This document shows positions 24,256 through 38,059 of a stretch of 64,000 nt of DNA, one piece after another. Origin of the DNA: Lytechinus pictus (taxonomy: Eukaryota). The notes under the pieces were generated by a model. The model was not told the DNA's origin. It did not search any database and was given only the letters and a program-made list of their open reading frames with translations. The DNA lies in contig NC_087252.1 of the NCBI RefSeq assembly GCF_037042905.1, positions 18,044,001-18,108,000 of the forward strand. The letters are read 5' to 3'. A program made the translations under genes and the position numbers. Each line of letters begins with the position of its first letter. Position 1 is the stretch's first letter.

Positions 24256-25447
24256 GGAGTCAACCATTTTGCGAGTCAAAAACTAAACTGAGCACATAGA
24301 ACTGTCATATCATTATTCATTATTCAATTATCACATCGTATACATGTATATTTATTTACAAAATAGTCCAGTACAAACTGAAAATTCAGATTTCATACAC
24401 GTTTAAATCGAAATACATAACAACATGTATCGAAGTACTAAATATCCAATATACTAGTACTTAGAAACTAAAAAAACAATATTTTTTCGTCAATCAAAAA
24501 TTGTTTTCATTATTTTTTACGTTTCAAATTGTACTAGATATCTTATTACTAAATACTTGGATCTGAATTGTAAAGACACTTCACAATTTGCATAGAACTC
24601 ATTTACTTATGAATTTGATAATACATCTATATTATGAGCTCACTATTTTAGTACTTTGCATTCGTAATTATATACGTATATTACTGTATAGTATTATTGC
24701 TTTTGGAAAATAAATGGTCACCCAAAATAAATTATCAAAAGAAATTTTTAATATAAAAAACACAATATGTAAGAAAGGTTAATTGGGTCCTATAACAACG
24801 GAAGGGCTTCGCCTACCCCTCGCTCTGCCACGGGGGTGGGGGTTCTGACAAGACAGGTTGCATCAATCAAATCGTTAAAAGAAAGAACAACTGTACTTTA
24901 CAATTACTCACATTGAATACTTTTATATAACTATTTGGTAACTAGAATAAGCAGTTTTTCAAAATAGTTATCCCGGGACTGCAAATAAAAGTAAAACAGA
25001 CATACGTTGACAAGCCTATAATACATGAGGTCTCAGAAATATGCGTAGGCTATGAGGGGAGAGGTCACGAGCCCAATTAGGATTCACGAGGCCAAGTGTT
25101 ATGTAGTTTATCCGATTTATCGACATCAAAATATGTTCTGATTAATCGAAACTTCAATGTTAACGGAAATATGCACTGTCGAAAACACTTTAGTCATTTC
25201 AACCAAGCAGAAGGCGACTATACACCCGACCATCGGGGCATGATTTGAAACCAAGAGCAAGGCTAGCTCAGCAGAATATAATTTTCATTTAGACAAAGGT
25301 AATCCTTAGCCTCGTGGAAGCTCGGCCTAATTTTTGAGGAAATTAAGATCCCAATAAGGTTTGTCTTAGCAATATTTACCCTGTTGCTCCATATTCATGT
25401 TTCGTGCTAACATTTTTCTCTCGATGATCTATTTTTTTTATATAGTA

Positions 25448-25898
25448 CACTGTTAAAAATGATTTAAACAACGCTGTTTACTATGTAAATCGCACAGTAG
25501 TTGTTTAAACATTTTAAACAAGTGTTCAAAATCTTAAACAAAGTTTAAATTCAAATATTTAATTATCATTATTTAAGCATGGTTGTTTAAGATTTAAAAC
25601 ACTTGTTCAAACCGTTTAAACAACTACTGTGCGATTCACATACACAGTAAAAACGCTGTTTAAGATTTTATACAACGCTGTTTGCTATATGAACCTTACA
25701 GTGTTTGTTTAACCGTTTAAACAATCATGTTTAATTTATTGAAGATTAGATATTGAAAATGAAACTTTGTTGCTTAAGATTTAAACAATTGTTTAAACTG
25801 TTTAAACAATTGATGTAAGGTTCATATAGTAAACAGCTTTGTATAATTTATTTTTTACTGTGTAGTAAACAGCGTTGTTTAAATTATCGTTAACAGTG
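25448..25898. mobile_element. CACTG-terminated palindromic MITE (TA TSD) containing a nested related MITE at 25643-25862
   Basis: Outer ta|cactgttaa ... ttaacagtg|ta; inner ta|cacagtaaaaa ... ttttactgtg|ta. Confidence 0.85.
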
Positions 25899-26272
25899 TA
25901 CGCTTTCAATGTAGTTTTCTTTCTACAATGTAGGCCAACATTTCTCCATATGAGCACAACGTTTTGTCGATGAAGTCACAGGCTACCAATAAAATTGAAA
26001 ATAAGCAATGTTAAAAAGGAAGCATTATATATGTTTTCCTATAATAATAACAAATAGGCACATAAGAAAGAGTAAAAACAAGTCAGGCATAATTGACTAA
26101 TAATAATTATAGTCGCTAAGAACAGGAGCATCAAGCTCAAGCTATATTATTTAGAGTTAGTTAACAAAACAAAATACCATATGTACAAACACTAAATACA
26201 CTATACACACGGACCCAAGCGATAATTATTCTTATTTACAAGTCATTTTAAAGCAGTTATTAACATGATTAA

Positions 26273-29200
26273 CGGGGAAGTTTACTCTGACGAAAAGTCT
26301 GTTGTAAAAATACCATTAAAAAATTAAATAAATAATGGTGGAGGTTTGAGGTAAATCCATAAAAGATTAAGACAGTTTTTAAGTTTTGATTTGTGACGTC
26401 ATACACGAGTAGCCCCCCCCCCCCTCATGTGATATAAAATGCACAAATTTAAATTTGCAATCGTTCATGATGACTAAAATATTGTTTCTTTCAGGAGCGG
26501 GTGTGAAATGATTTGTCTGTTGACATAGTCAACGTACAATAAATAGGCCCACGATTTTTAATTCTTTGAGAAAATGACGTTTCATTGATATTTTACCACA
26601 CGATATCTGGGAAACCTTCTTGCATATGACGTCACAAATCCAAGAATTAAAGTTCTAATACGTTTTTTGAATCTTTAACCGTTCAATGTATTCTCATCCA
26701 TTATAACATTAATCTTATTAATACTGACAATAATTACACTCTAAAATTTACTAGCTCATTGCTTTCATACTCTTTCCACCTGCACATTAGTAATCCGACA
26801 CGAATATCAAGTAAGTCTAAAACCCTCATTGACAATATCATTTCCAATGTAACTAACAAAAACTTCATAAATGGCATAATTTATTCTGACATTTCGGACC
26901 ATTTACTTAATATATTTGTTATTTTTAATCAAGCTAATATTCATTAACATACAAATAAAAACAAAAAAGAAATGCACAGAAAAGAAACCCAACGCAACAT
27001 CGATGCACTAAAAACTGATTTAGCTGAAGAAGATTGGAATGAAGTTTTGAACGAAACTAAGGCTGATGTTGCTTATGAAATATTTATTCAAAAACTCTTA
27101 CATTATTATAACAAAAACATACCTCTTGTAAAAGATAAGGTCCTTAAAAAATAATAAACAGCCATTGATCACAAAGGGCATTAAACGATCAATATCAACA
27201 CGGAATAAACTCTATAAGCAAGCTCTAAAACCTCAATGTAAGGAAAAAATTGACAAATATAAAAAATATAGAAATAAATTGACATCCATTATTCGTCTAT
27301 CTCGAAAACTGTACTATTAAAAAAATATAATGGAAAACGGAAATAATGTTACTTTTTAATGGAAAACTGTCAACGATCTCTTAGGTAAGAAAAAACATGA
27401 TATTGCAAATAGTTTTAATGTTGATGGTCAAGAAATTACTAACCCAGAAACAATTTCAAATGCATTTAATGATTATTTCACTAATGTAGGTCCCAATCTG
27501 GCCTCAAACATTCATGTTAATGATTCACATTTCACTAAATTCCTATCTCCAGCATGTGAAAACTCACTCTATTTAAGACCAACTAATGAACTTAAAATAA
27601 TTAGTATTGTTCAACAACTGAAATCTAGCAAGTCTTGTGGGCATGACGGAATTGGCGTTTATTTGCTTAAACAAATTATTCATTACATTGCTCATCCACT
27701 ATCCAATATATTTTATCTCTCTCTTTCAACAGGCAAATGCCCGGATTCCCTGAAACTCGCAAAAGTAATACCAATTTATAAAAAAGAAGATTCCTCCTTA
27801 ATCAGCAATTATAGGCCCATATCTTTACTACCATCAATATGTAAATTTATTAAAAAAATTATTTATAAACGACTCTTTACTTTTCTGAAAAACAATGATA
27901 TTTTGATTCTTAATTAGTTCGGTTATAGAGAAGGACACTCAACAGATTATGCCTTATTATATATGTACGACAAAATTATTGAAGCTTTCACCAGAAAGGA
28001 ACATTTGATTGGAATTTACATGGATCTTTCGAAAGCTTTCGATACAATCGACCACAAAATATTAATTCATAAATTAAAATCATATGGAATAAGGGGACAA
28101 GCATTATCCTGGTTTGAAGACTATTTATATAATCGACAACAATACGTACATTTCTAATCTCAAAACTCACCAAAACAAAATATCAAGTGCGGCGTTCCAC
28201 AGGTATCAATTCTGGGACCCCTACTTTTTATTATCTATATCAATGATATCATAAATTCATCCCCAATTCTAAATTTCATAATTTTTGCCGACGATACCAG
28301 TATTTTATATTCCCATGCTAATTTAGATACTCTATCTCATATTCTTAATTCAGAACTCTCTAAAATATCCCAATGGTTTAAAACAAACAAACTTTCACTT
28401 AACATAAGCAAAATCAATTTTATACACTTTCGAGAAGCTAATCCACACTTACCAGCTCCCAATTTATCAATTGACGGTTTACCTCTTACTGAAAAGCACT
28501 CTACCAAATTCTTGGGAGTAACAATTGACTCCAATCTAACGTGGAATGAACACATACACAATGTACATACATCTATATCAAGAAACATAGGAATAATTTA
28601 CAAATTAAAAGACTTTCTTTCTGAAAAATCATCATTGGTTCTATATAACTCCCTAGTACTTTCACATATGATGTATTGCAATAGTGTATGGGGTAATTGT
28701 AGTATAACGAAAATAAACTCTCTTCTACTTCTTCAAAAACGAGCAATTCGTAACGTTACTCATACACATTATTTTTCCCACACAGAACCTCTATTTCAGC
28801 GTTTAAATGCACTTAAAATACAGGATATTCACACTCTACAAACAGGTATATTTATGTTTAGATACACTTACAATAATCTTCCATCATTATTCCAAAATCT
28901 ATTCAATTTAAATTCAAATATACATGCATATCCAACCCGCCATTCTTCCGATTATCATTTACACAACCCCAAACTTATTCTTGCTCAAAAATCAGTTCGC
29001 CATCATGGACCAGATACCTGGAATTCCTTACCACAATACTTAAAACAGTGTACCTCTCTTAACTCATTAAAATCATCCTTTAAAAAAATTATGATACGCA
29101 AATACAATTCTGATTAATACATAAATATATATAAAAAGAGTTCTTCGGGTCTTGGTAAATTTTCAATTTTCTTGGTCAATTTTTAATTTCTATCTGATCT

Positions 29201-29846
29201 CATAAACTGTTACATCAGAAAAATTCATGTATTGAAAAAAGTATAGTCATAGTATCAAACTTTTCTATCATTTCAAGCTGTAATCCTGGAACCATTCAAT
29301 AATTCCTAATTAATACTACCCCCACGCCCTCATATATCGACACACACACACTTATACAATACACACACAATTTTAAATATACATTTGCACACACGCACAC
29401 GTTTGCACATGCACAAACACATGCACACACGTCAACTGTGCACATAATATCAGGCATACAAGGTCCTTGCATGTAAATATCGTATTAATAATATCTGTTT
29501 ATGAGTTATGTAAGTCAATGCCCGATTTGTAATTGACTTCGTTTTCTTTTTTTGTTTATTTCGCTATTACGTTTGAGGCCGCTACCCTAGTCAAGCACTG
29601 CTTATGGTAGCGGTCTCCAGCATTTTTTTTTGTCTACTCAACAATGTACAACTTATAATATTGCAAACTAATACTATCTATATACATTTTATGCCATTGA
29701 ATTACTATTTGTATTTATTTTGTTAATAATTTATGTTGGAAAAATGAAAAAAAATAAAATAAAATCAATCCAACCTTCACCAATGTTTTCATTCGTTTTT
29801 CTGATCTTTTTACAAAAGAAAACTGTTGTCAGGGTGAATTTCCCAT
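26273..29846. mobile_element. Kolobok-like MITE split by a LINE insertion
   Basis: ttaa|cggggaagtttactctgac ... gtcagggtgaatttcccat|ttaa; the two halves flank the LINE. Confidence 0.65.
26695..29768 (+). mobile_element. 5'-truncated, decayed CR1/L2-group LINE (end of APE endonuclease, reverse transcriptase, 3' UTR)
   Basis: PTR..TLIDNI, ISDH, NYRPISLLP, DLSKAFDTIDH, GVPQ.SILGPLLF, FADD motifs with stops and frameshifts; (AAAAT)n tail. Confidence 0.92.
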
Positions 29847-29940
29847 TTAAGCGCAAGATATAGGTCATGGGAGGGTATGTGTCCCCTTCCCATCCTGGCA
29901 CCATTGCTGGATAAATTATGTAAATTATTATACGTTGGTA

Positions 29941-30192
29941 TATGGAAGCTTTAAAGTTCCCTCGACTTGACTTGACAAGATGGCGAAATATTATATATAT
30001 TATGTCGATATATTAACCTTATCATGCCAATATGACAAGAAACGTTATCTCACCAAGTCGACTTTCAAACTTATATCTATTGTGCTTAATGTACGTTACC
30101 CTGCAGTTTGACGTACAAGCAGTTATATGTTTTCATGGCACCGTAAGATATTTCGCCATCTCGTCAAGTCGAGGCACTTCAAAGCGTCCGTA
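29941..30192. mobile_element. Small inverted-repeat element (MITE)
   Basis: cctcgacttgac..agatggcgaaatat / atatttcgccatct.gtcaagtcgagg arms of about 50 bp. Confidence 0.7.
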
Positions 30193-32039
30193 CGGTAGAT
30201 ACAAAATTGTATTCAGCAAATCAAAAGAGGATGTTAATCAAACATATTGAAAAATTAGTTAGTCCTCAGACCGTGATAGCATGGCCCTGAAAAAATTGAT
30301 AAATGTAAAAAAAATGATCTTCATTCTTTGCACCCCCAGTAAAAAAAATATCGTTCCTAGGGACCTGCGTGATAGTCATAAACGCTTAGATTTTCAGAGT
30401 TAATATAAAAGCTCCAAATAAAACCATGTTTATTAATAATATAAAAAAAAACACCCAAGCAAAATTTCAGATGATTACAAGTCATAACTTGAGGGGGCAA
30501 GATTATTGATATACTGAGGGAACTTGACCCCCCCCAAAAAAAAAAAAAAAAGGATATAGGAGAATTCTTTGAATAATAATGATTCAGACATATTTTTAGT
30601 TGAACATCACACATATAAACTTCGATTCCTTCTAAAAACGGTACAACAGTCACAAAGGGGAAGAAAAGAAAAGGAAGTTGAACTTGAAAAATATTCCATG
30701 TTCGTAAAGTAGTTTCCATCAAACTACTTCTAACAAGTGTTTAAAATCTTTAAAGCTTATTTTTTTCAGATTTAATTCTGAATAACTTAAGCGTACATAG
30801 AAAAAAATGGTTAGATTGTTAAACAACTACTTTAAGGTTCATAAAGTAAACGGCGTTGTTATCTTAAACAGTGGTTTTACTGTGTAGGAAATTATGATAA
30901 AGATAGCATGCTTTTAAATTTTAGGGGCAGCTCCCCCCCCCCCATTACAAAATCGAATCGGAGGGTTCCCGCCCCCGGGATCACCTCTCCTGATTATAAA
31001 GGTTATTTGTCAATTTCTTGGTAAAATGATACTATTTTTTTATTCAACCTTTAACAAAGCTTGAGATATTTAAGCAGATATGGGAGAAAAAGTGATAGAC
31101 GCGATCGCCTTAAAATCTTTTTTTAATAGAATGATAAAGAAAGAGAAAAGGGAAAAGAAATATCAGGGATGAGCATCAATGAGTGATCGTTTTAATTACA
31201 TATTAACCCCATAAAGATATATTTTCTATTACCCCCCCCCCCCCTACACACACACAGAGTTTTCGTTTTGGATATTCTTGCAAACTCATGAAATTCCCTG
31301 GCTCAGCCAATGACCATATCTTTTCTGTTTATGATTACCAATACGTATTGAATTGAATTAAATTGAATTGACGTGCAGATGGCACTTGGGGGAGCATGAC
31401 TTGTGGCCCACCCCCCAAAAAAAAAAATCCTTGGTCGAGAGGTGGAAAAAAACCGAGAGGAACTAGTCACAGTAATTAATATGCGTTTGATTTTCTGTCA
31501 CAATGTTACACTTCCTTTTTTTTAAATGTTTGCTTGCTTCGCTCACTCGCGATTATGAAGAAAACCCCTATTACGCCGCTGTGTGCCCCCGAATCGTAAC
31601 GCCACTGCCACTAGGCTTATTTCTATATTATGTCTTAATGCAGACGAACATGTGGATCAAGCTTCAAATTGTTCAGTATCATTTTAATGGTTGCATAAAA
31701 AACATAATCAAACAAACAAAATACAATCCCCTCGAGCTCGTAGCATAAAAACGTTCCCTCGATTTAATTAGGAAATCGATTACATGAACTATTTAAAAAG
31801 AAGCATGTTTCTAAACGTGACTTAAGACAAATCCTAAATCCAAATAAAATCTTACTACACTGATCATGCTGATTGTTGCATCTCAGTGTGGATAAACAAA
31901 TATTTCATAACACGCATCTTATCCTATCTTATATATAAAATAAAACAAATAATTATGACGCGTCCGTGGTATTTACGTAAAGTAAGCAATTAAGTAAACA
32001 TGTATAGGTGCTTTTATAACTGCTCAAATCGGACAAGTC

Positions 32040-32046
32040 TATAAAA
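32040..32046 (+). promoter_or_regulatory. TATA box of SOUL copy 2
   Basis: CTATAAAAAC in the same context as copy 1. Confidence 0.75.
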
Positions 32047-32155
32047 ACGGAGCGATGTACCAGCTCGTCATCACATCATCAGAGAACCCAGGATTAGCTA
32101 TCGAATCAAGCTACCGATCTCAACCTCGGCCTCAACGACGACATCATCAACAGAC

Positions 32156-35100
32156 ATGGCTAAGTTTTTAAAAGCAGTTCTTATGTTGGTCTCTTCAGCC
32201 CAGCTGTCTCTCTCAGCTACGGTGGTGGCACAGCAAGCACGTGCTCTAAGCACCGAATCAAAACCAGGGTTTTGTAGGGGTTTGGAGTGTCCGGAGTTCA
32301 CCACTGTCCACTCAGCTGAGGTAAGTTTTCATATTTCATTTCATTCCTTATTATAATCTCCCTCGATCAGTTCGACACTGAACAAAAAACTGTGGTGTAT
32401 AACCGGTGTACGAAGAATACACAAGTCGTTTTGCACTGGTGTTTATTTGTTGGTGTATGATTTACTCAACACCCCATGGCATTCACAGCACCTGTAAGTC
32501 TTGTTATGCTTAACTCTACACTGTAAAAACTGTGGTGTTAAAACTGATACCAGTGGGTGTAAATAGAGGACCACACCCTCTGGTGTTAAAATTACACCCT
32601 AGAGATTGAATATAACACCAAAGAGTGTACATGTAACAACCAAAGGTGTTACAATAACACCTATAGGTGCTAAACTAACGCTGTCAATTTAACACCGGTG
32701 TAAAATAACTGGTGTGGTCCTCTATGTACACCGGTTAACACCGCAGTTTTTGCTGTGTAGGGTGTTACTTCAACACTAAAGAGTGTGTTCCTCTTAATTG
32801 GGACACCAATTGGTGTCATACCACATTTGGATGGTCACATCATTCAAACTGCTTATAATGACTTTGTGTCCGACAAACATTGAAATAGCAAAATTTATGA
32901 AAAATAATGGACAGAATTAATGTAAATGTTTACATAATGTGAAAATAAATTCTATTCAATTAATTAAAAAAAAATTATAATTAACAATCGTGATAATAAT
33001 TCTTCTCACAAAATATTTTGAATGAATTTCTATGATATCATAAATTACAAAGCCGTCATCAATTACAAACTTAACCGCTCACGATGGCGGTCTCCTGCGT
33101 TCATTTGTTAATATTCCTCTTTATTATTATCAAAATGTGAAGTATTATGCCCACACCATTTTTGTCTAATTATGCATTATCTTTATATTGTATACATTAT
33201 GGATTAGTATTGTGAACACAGAAATAAAAATAAAACAATAAAAACATTAAGTAAAGGAAAATGTAGATTAATGCAATGTTTGATCTCCTATGCAGGGGTA
33301 CGATGAACGTCAGTACAGCGAATCAAAATGGGTAAGCACTGAAATTATGAGCATGGATTACGAATCTGCGACAAGCCAAGGATTCGAACGTCTTTTCAAC
33401 TACATCGACGGTCACAATGACCAGAGTAAGTATAGAGCGCCCTCTTTTTCCCACCTGAATTAAAATCACTTTTGAAAAAAAGAAGTAAGCCCGTCACTAT
33501 AACAACTATTGTACAAAATATTTGAACAAGTTGTTGGAAAGGATCTAAACTTGTAGTTGTTAAAAAAAAAACTCTTTAAAAAGGTTTAAAGCAAGTTGTT
33601 AAAAAAATGTTTTATAAATGTCAAAATAGTTTAAACGATTATTGTTTAAAAGTTTAGAGTGACATTAGCTTAATTGTTGTTAGAGTAACGGACTTAAGAA
33701 TTATTTTACCTTGTATAATTTCCTCGTATCTGTATTCGTGTATATAGCCTGAACAGCTCTTTCCTAGAAAACTAATGATTGTCGTACACAGTAAACAAAA
33801 AATTATACAACGTTGTTTACTATATGAACCTTACAGTAATTGTTTAAACAGTTTAAACAAGTGTTTAAATCTTAAGCAACAAAGTTGATTTTTTCAATAT
33901 CTAATCTTCAATAAATTAAACATGATTGTTTAAACGGTTAAACAAATACTGTAATGTTAATTATAGTAAACAGCGTTGTATAAAATCTTAAACAGCGTTT
34001 TTACTGTGTATAAGTATGCGGAAACTACCATGGTAATGACCATAATGGTAAAGTAACTAAGATCATAAGTCTTTTTGAAATGGGCCACTTTTCTCCAAGT
34101 TTTATTGATGGGTAGATACACCTCTATTGCTCAATTTGGGTTTCTGTCATTTTGACGGAATTAGGACAAAGTATCAACCATTTAACCTTTTGTGGTTTAT
34201 CATTCTACCGAAAACAGATTTCCATCATCTAATTGATGTATGTATGCATAGGCTTAATGTATCAACAAAAACACTAAAACAGAAGCTCTCTAGCTGAAAG
34301 AACAAAATATATGATAGACTATAGAGGTTATTATAGTCTCACATCATAAAGAAACAAAATAATTTAACATGCACAATCCTTGAAAAATAGTGTTATAAAA
34401 ATTAGTTTTAAAACACTCCTGGTGCTAAAGATAATATTCAAATAATAATTTTGTTTTCTTATTTACAGAGCAAAAGGTTGCCATGACTGCACCAGTCGCT
34501 ACCCGTGTCATCCCGGGACAGGGCCCCGCTTGTGAGAGCAACTTCACCGTATCATTCTTCATCCCGGCTCAACACAGCGCCAACCCACCCATTCCAAGCG
34601 ATTCCGATGTCTTCTTTAGTACTATCCCAGCTCATCGTGCATACGTCAAGTAAGATTAATATTTTCATTGTTAATATACTGTCAAACTTTATACACTCTA
34701 AAATGACATGGGGTTTATTATAAATCCATTACGGTTGTGAATAGTGTCAAACCAATTTGGGGCAGTGTTTATACCCAATACGGAAGCATATTGTCCAGTA
34801 GGGTTAAAAAATGAACAGCAATTACTTAATAAGTGGGCAAAATTTTCACCACACTGGCTAAATAAAAATGCCCCAAAGAAATGCCCAATTTTGGTGCGGA
34901 CACATAATCACCCCCATGGGGCATTTTCACCCAATACTTTTTTAAGAGTGCACATTTTGGATATTTTCAGTTGTGGTCCAGGTTTTTTTTCAATCATATT
35001 CTAGAATTTACATATCATAGAATTTGCTAGTTTTTCCCAGTAAATTCACCTGGGAGGGAAATACTGTACATATCCTTGGAATATGCCAACCCTACCCATA

Positions 35101-35640
35101 TCAAACCCCGGATCCACCCCGTCTTTAGTCCCTATATACCCAAAACAATGCACATAAAAAACGATATGGGGCCCTTTCTCATTCATGACCCCCGCCGTGC
35201 AACCTGAATAGTTGAAATAAAACCGCCATCTATATAGGGCCCTATCCGACCCTATCATTGGCCCAGGTTGCCCCTATATTGATTTTAACCCTCTGTTTTA
35301 ACTAGGATTGAAATGTATCGGTATATTTTTGTATGGCTGAGATTGTAACATATAAGTATGCAGGCTTCATTATTTTATGCAATGACCTGGAGTCCTGGAC
35401 CATTCTTGTGATCTCGATAACTTGACTAATCCTTCCCTTTAAATTTTTTTAATTTCCAAACTCAGATCTTTTGGTGGTTTCGCCTCCCAGAACGACTGGA
35501 TCCAGGCCGGTACAGAACTGGGTCAGGCTTTGGAAGCCGCTTCTAAATCATACGATAGTTCTTACTTTTACACTGCCGGTTATGACAGCCCTTTCACAAT
35601 CTTCAACCGACACAACGAGGTCTGGTTCACCGCCAACTAA
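32156..35640 (+). CDS. HEBP2: SOUL/heme-binding protein 2-like, copy 2, 216 aa with signal peptide; exons 32156-32320, 33296-33425, 34469-34649, 35466-35640
   Basis: GT-AG junctions; 165+130+181+175=651 nt, intact frame to TAA; same SOUL motifs as copy 1. Symbol denotes family likeness. Confidence 0.93.
32519..32757. mobile_element. CACWG-terminated MITE with TA TSD in intron 1 of SOUL copy 2 only
   Basis: ta|cactgtaaaaactgtggtgttaa ... ttaacaccgcagtttttgctgtg|ta; empty site aactctagggtg near 20055-20066. Confidence 0.9.
33787..34008. mobile_element. CACAG-terminated MITE with TA TSD in intron 2 of SOUL copy 2 only
   Basis: ta|cacagtaaa ... tttttactgtg|ta; near reverse complement of 25643-25862; absent near 20853. 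Confidence 0.88.
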
Positions 35641-35927
35641 AGACTAATCCTCAGCTAGAAAAATCCCGGGAGCCTGTTTCACCAAACTTGTTATGATAAC
35701 ACATTTAGAGTTATTGCCAAAATAATGGGTACTGCAATCATTCGATTTGTTTGACTACTGATAAAACTTGCTAATGATTTTGCTATTACTACAAGTCCAT
35801 AAGAAACGGGATCCCGATCTAATATAAATTCAGTGTTTTTATGTTTGTACATTATTTTTCTTGATATTGATTACTTCATCAAGTCATAAAACATCATGAA
35901 TATAATATCTTGTAAATAGAATTATTT

Positions 35928-35933
35928 AATAAA
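35928..35933 (+). terminator. Candidate polyadenylation signal, SOUL copy 2
   Basis: AATAAA at the position homologous to copy 1. Confidence 0.5.
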
Positions 35934-36371
35934 TTTATGCGAAAAAACAATTATATGCCGTATTCAATGTATTTTGTGAAACAAGTTTTACGAAATAGGG
36001 AGATAAAATAAGATTTTTTAAAAGAAAATGGAAGAGGAGATTGGGCGAATTAGAATTAGAGAAGGAAGAGGGTGGTAGTAGTGTGTTTGGGTGAGGGTAT
36101 GGGTGGGGGTGTGTGTGTTCGAGAGAGATAGATGGATAGAGATAGAGATATAGAGGGAGAGAACAAGAAGAGAGACAGAAAGAAGGGTAGCAAGAGAGAG
36201 AGAGAGAAGGAGGGAGAGGGCGAGAGAGATTATTCATCCATGGGAGAGCTGGTGAGGAGTTTTCGTTGGGGGATTGTTCCAAAGATTCGAATACTCCAAT
36301 GTTCGGAAAGATCATTAATCAGATGGTTTGCCAAACCGAAGGTGTGTGATACCGAAAATGTACTATGATTC

Positions 36372-37092
36372 TTTGCCATCACAGGAAGTTCATTTCGTCG
36401 GCGCAATCTATTTCGTTATAGCAAAATTCATTTCATATGGTACGAAATGAATTTTGTCGACGCAATTACATTTCGTCTCAACGAAATTCATTTCGAATGG
36501 TACGAAATAAATTTTGTAGACGCAATTACATTTCGTCTCAACGAAATTCATTTCGTTTGGTACAAAATAATTTTTGTAGACGCAATTACATTTCGTCTTG
36601 ACGAAATTGATTTCGTGTGACAAAAAATAGATTTCGTATACGAAATAAAACTGCGTTTTGACGAAATGATTTTCGTCTGAATAACAACTTTCTTGTGTAC
36701 GGAATGGCGTGAATTGGACAGAATTTACCGTCGGACACTTGGTGCGCCATTTCGTTTGATCAAAATTTATTTCGTTAGTACGAAATAAATTTTTGTGGAC
36801 ACAATTACATTTCGTCTCGACAAAATTAATTTTGTATGGTACAAAATATATTTTGTGGACGCAATTACATTTCGTCTCGACGAAATTAATTTCGTATGGT
36901 ACGAAATTAATTTTGTGGACGCAATTACATTTCGTCTCGACGAAATTGATTTCGTGTGACAAAAAATAAATTTTGTATACGAAATAAAACAGCGTCATGA
37001 CGAAATGATTTTCGTCTGAATAAAAACATATTTTGTGTACGGAATGGCGTGATTTGGACGGAAAATACTGGCGGACACTTGGCGCCCCATAG
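36372..37092. mobile_element. Tandem-repeat-bearing insertion (60-bp units in two ~350-bp blocks) specific to duplication unit 2
   Basis: gacgcaattacatttcgtctc.acgaaatt recurs at 60-bp spacing; each block ends cggacacttgg.gc.ccat; copy 1 has uninterrupted tatgattcgttattcc near 23425. Confidence 0.75.
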
Positions 37093-38059
37093 TTATTTCG
37101 GGAACGTGATAAGATTCGTTATTCCGAAGAGCTGATAATCAGTTAATGAAATAACGGTTATTAGTTATTTTCATACAAACCATACTTTTTTTAATTTTCA
37201 ACCAATCAAACTTTCGAAATAGCGAGTCTTATTGTATTGTTGGTTTAAAAATTGGACAAAAGGCTAAACAAAATTATTCCGGATTGACGAACCTTTAATT
37301 TGGAGTAATGCCGCAAAAATAATCACACTCTTAAAAATGTTAGGCAACATATTGTCCACACAACAATAATTGGTTAAAACTCTATCCAATTCTTGGTATT
37401 TTAAACCTATAATGTGCATGTGCTTTGGGTGAAAACTATATACACAGTATTCATAGGCGGATCCAGCTTTTGGCGAAAAGGGGGGGGGGGGCGCACTGCC
37501 GAGCGGCGCACATATTTTTGCACTTCACCGGCGCCATAAAAGAAAATGTTGAAAAAGGGGTAAAGTCTGACCCTGTCAAATGCTCTTTTCAAAATGTAGG
37601 ATTTCCAGTCATGCCATTTTGCATGACCACACGCAGATAATATTTCCGGGGGGGGGGGGACAAGACTCGAAAATTTGGTGCACATCTCACATTTGCACAT
37701 TTTTCATAGTTTTCATGAAATGTTAAGGAAAAAAAATTGTTTTTCACAACAGCAGATCGCGAATGTGCCCCCCCCGTCCCCCTTGCTGCGTACGACCATT
37801 CCCTGAAGTCCACTTAAACACATCTCATTATAACAGAAATATACATCAATTTAAACATATAATCTTTCTAAAACATATATAGAGAGAGATTGAAAAACTT
37901 ATTTAAGAAAGAAACAAGCAAAAAGTAACACAAATTATGCATGTTATGTGCGATTTCAAAATCTCGTGTATTAACCCTTTTATTGCAATGAGGCCAATAC
38001 TTTTGTATATTAATAGAGATACAAGTTTTTTTTACTATATGTATATATATATATAAACA

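Larger units (their letters stand above)
30723..37324 (+). repeat. Segmental duplication unit 2
   Basis: Direct-orientation homolog of 17861-23655 with extra insertions. Confidence 0.9.

Noticed and set aside
36408..36998. 196-aa repeat protein (FVETKCNCV) or CRISPR-like array
   Set aside because: Units are contiguous tandem repeats without unique spacers; no cas genes; eukaryotic context; the ORF is a by-product of a 60-bp period.
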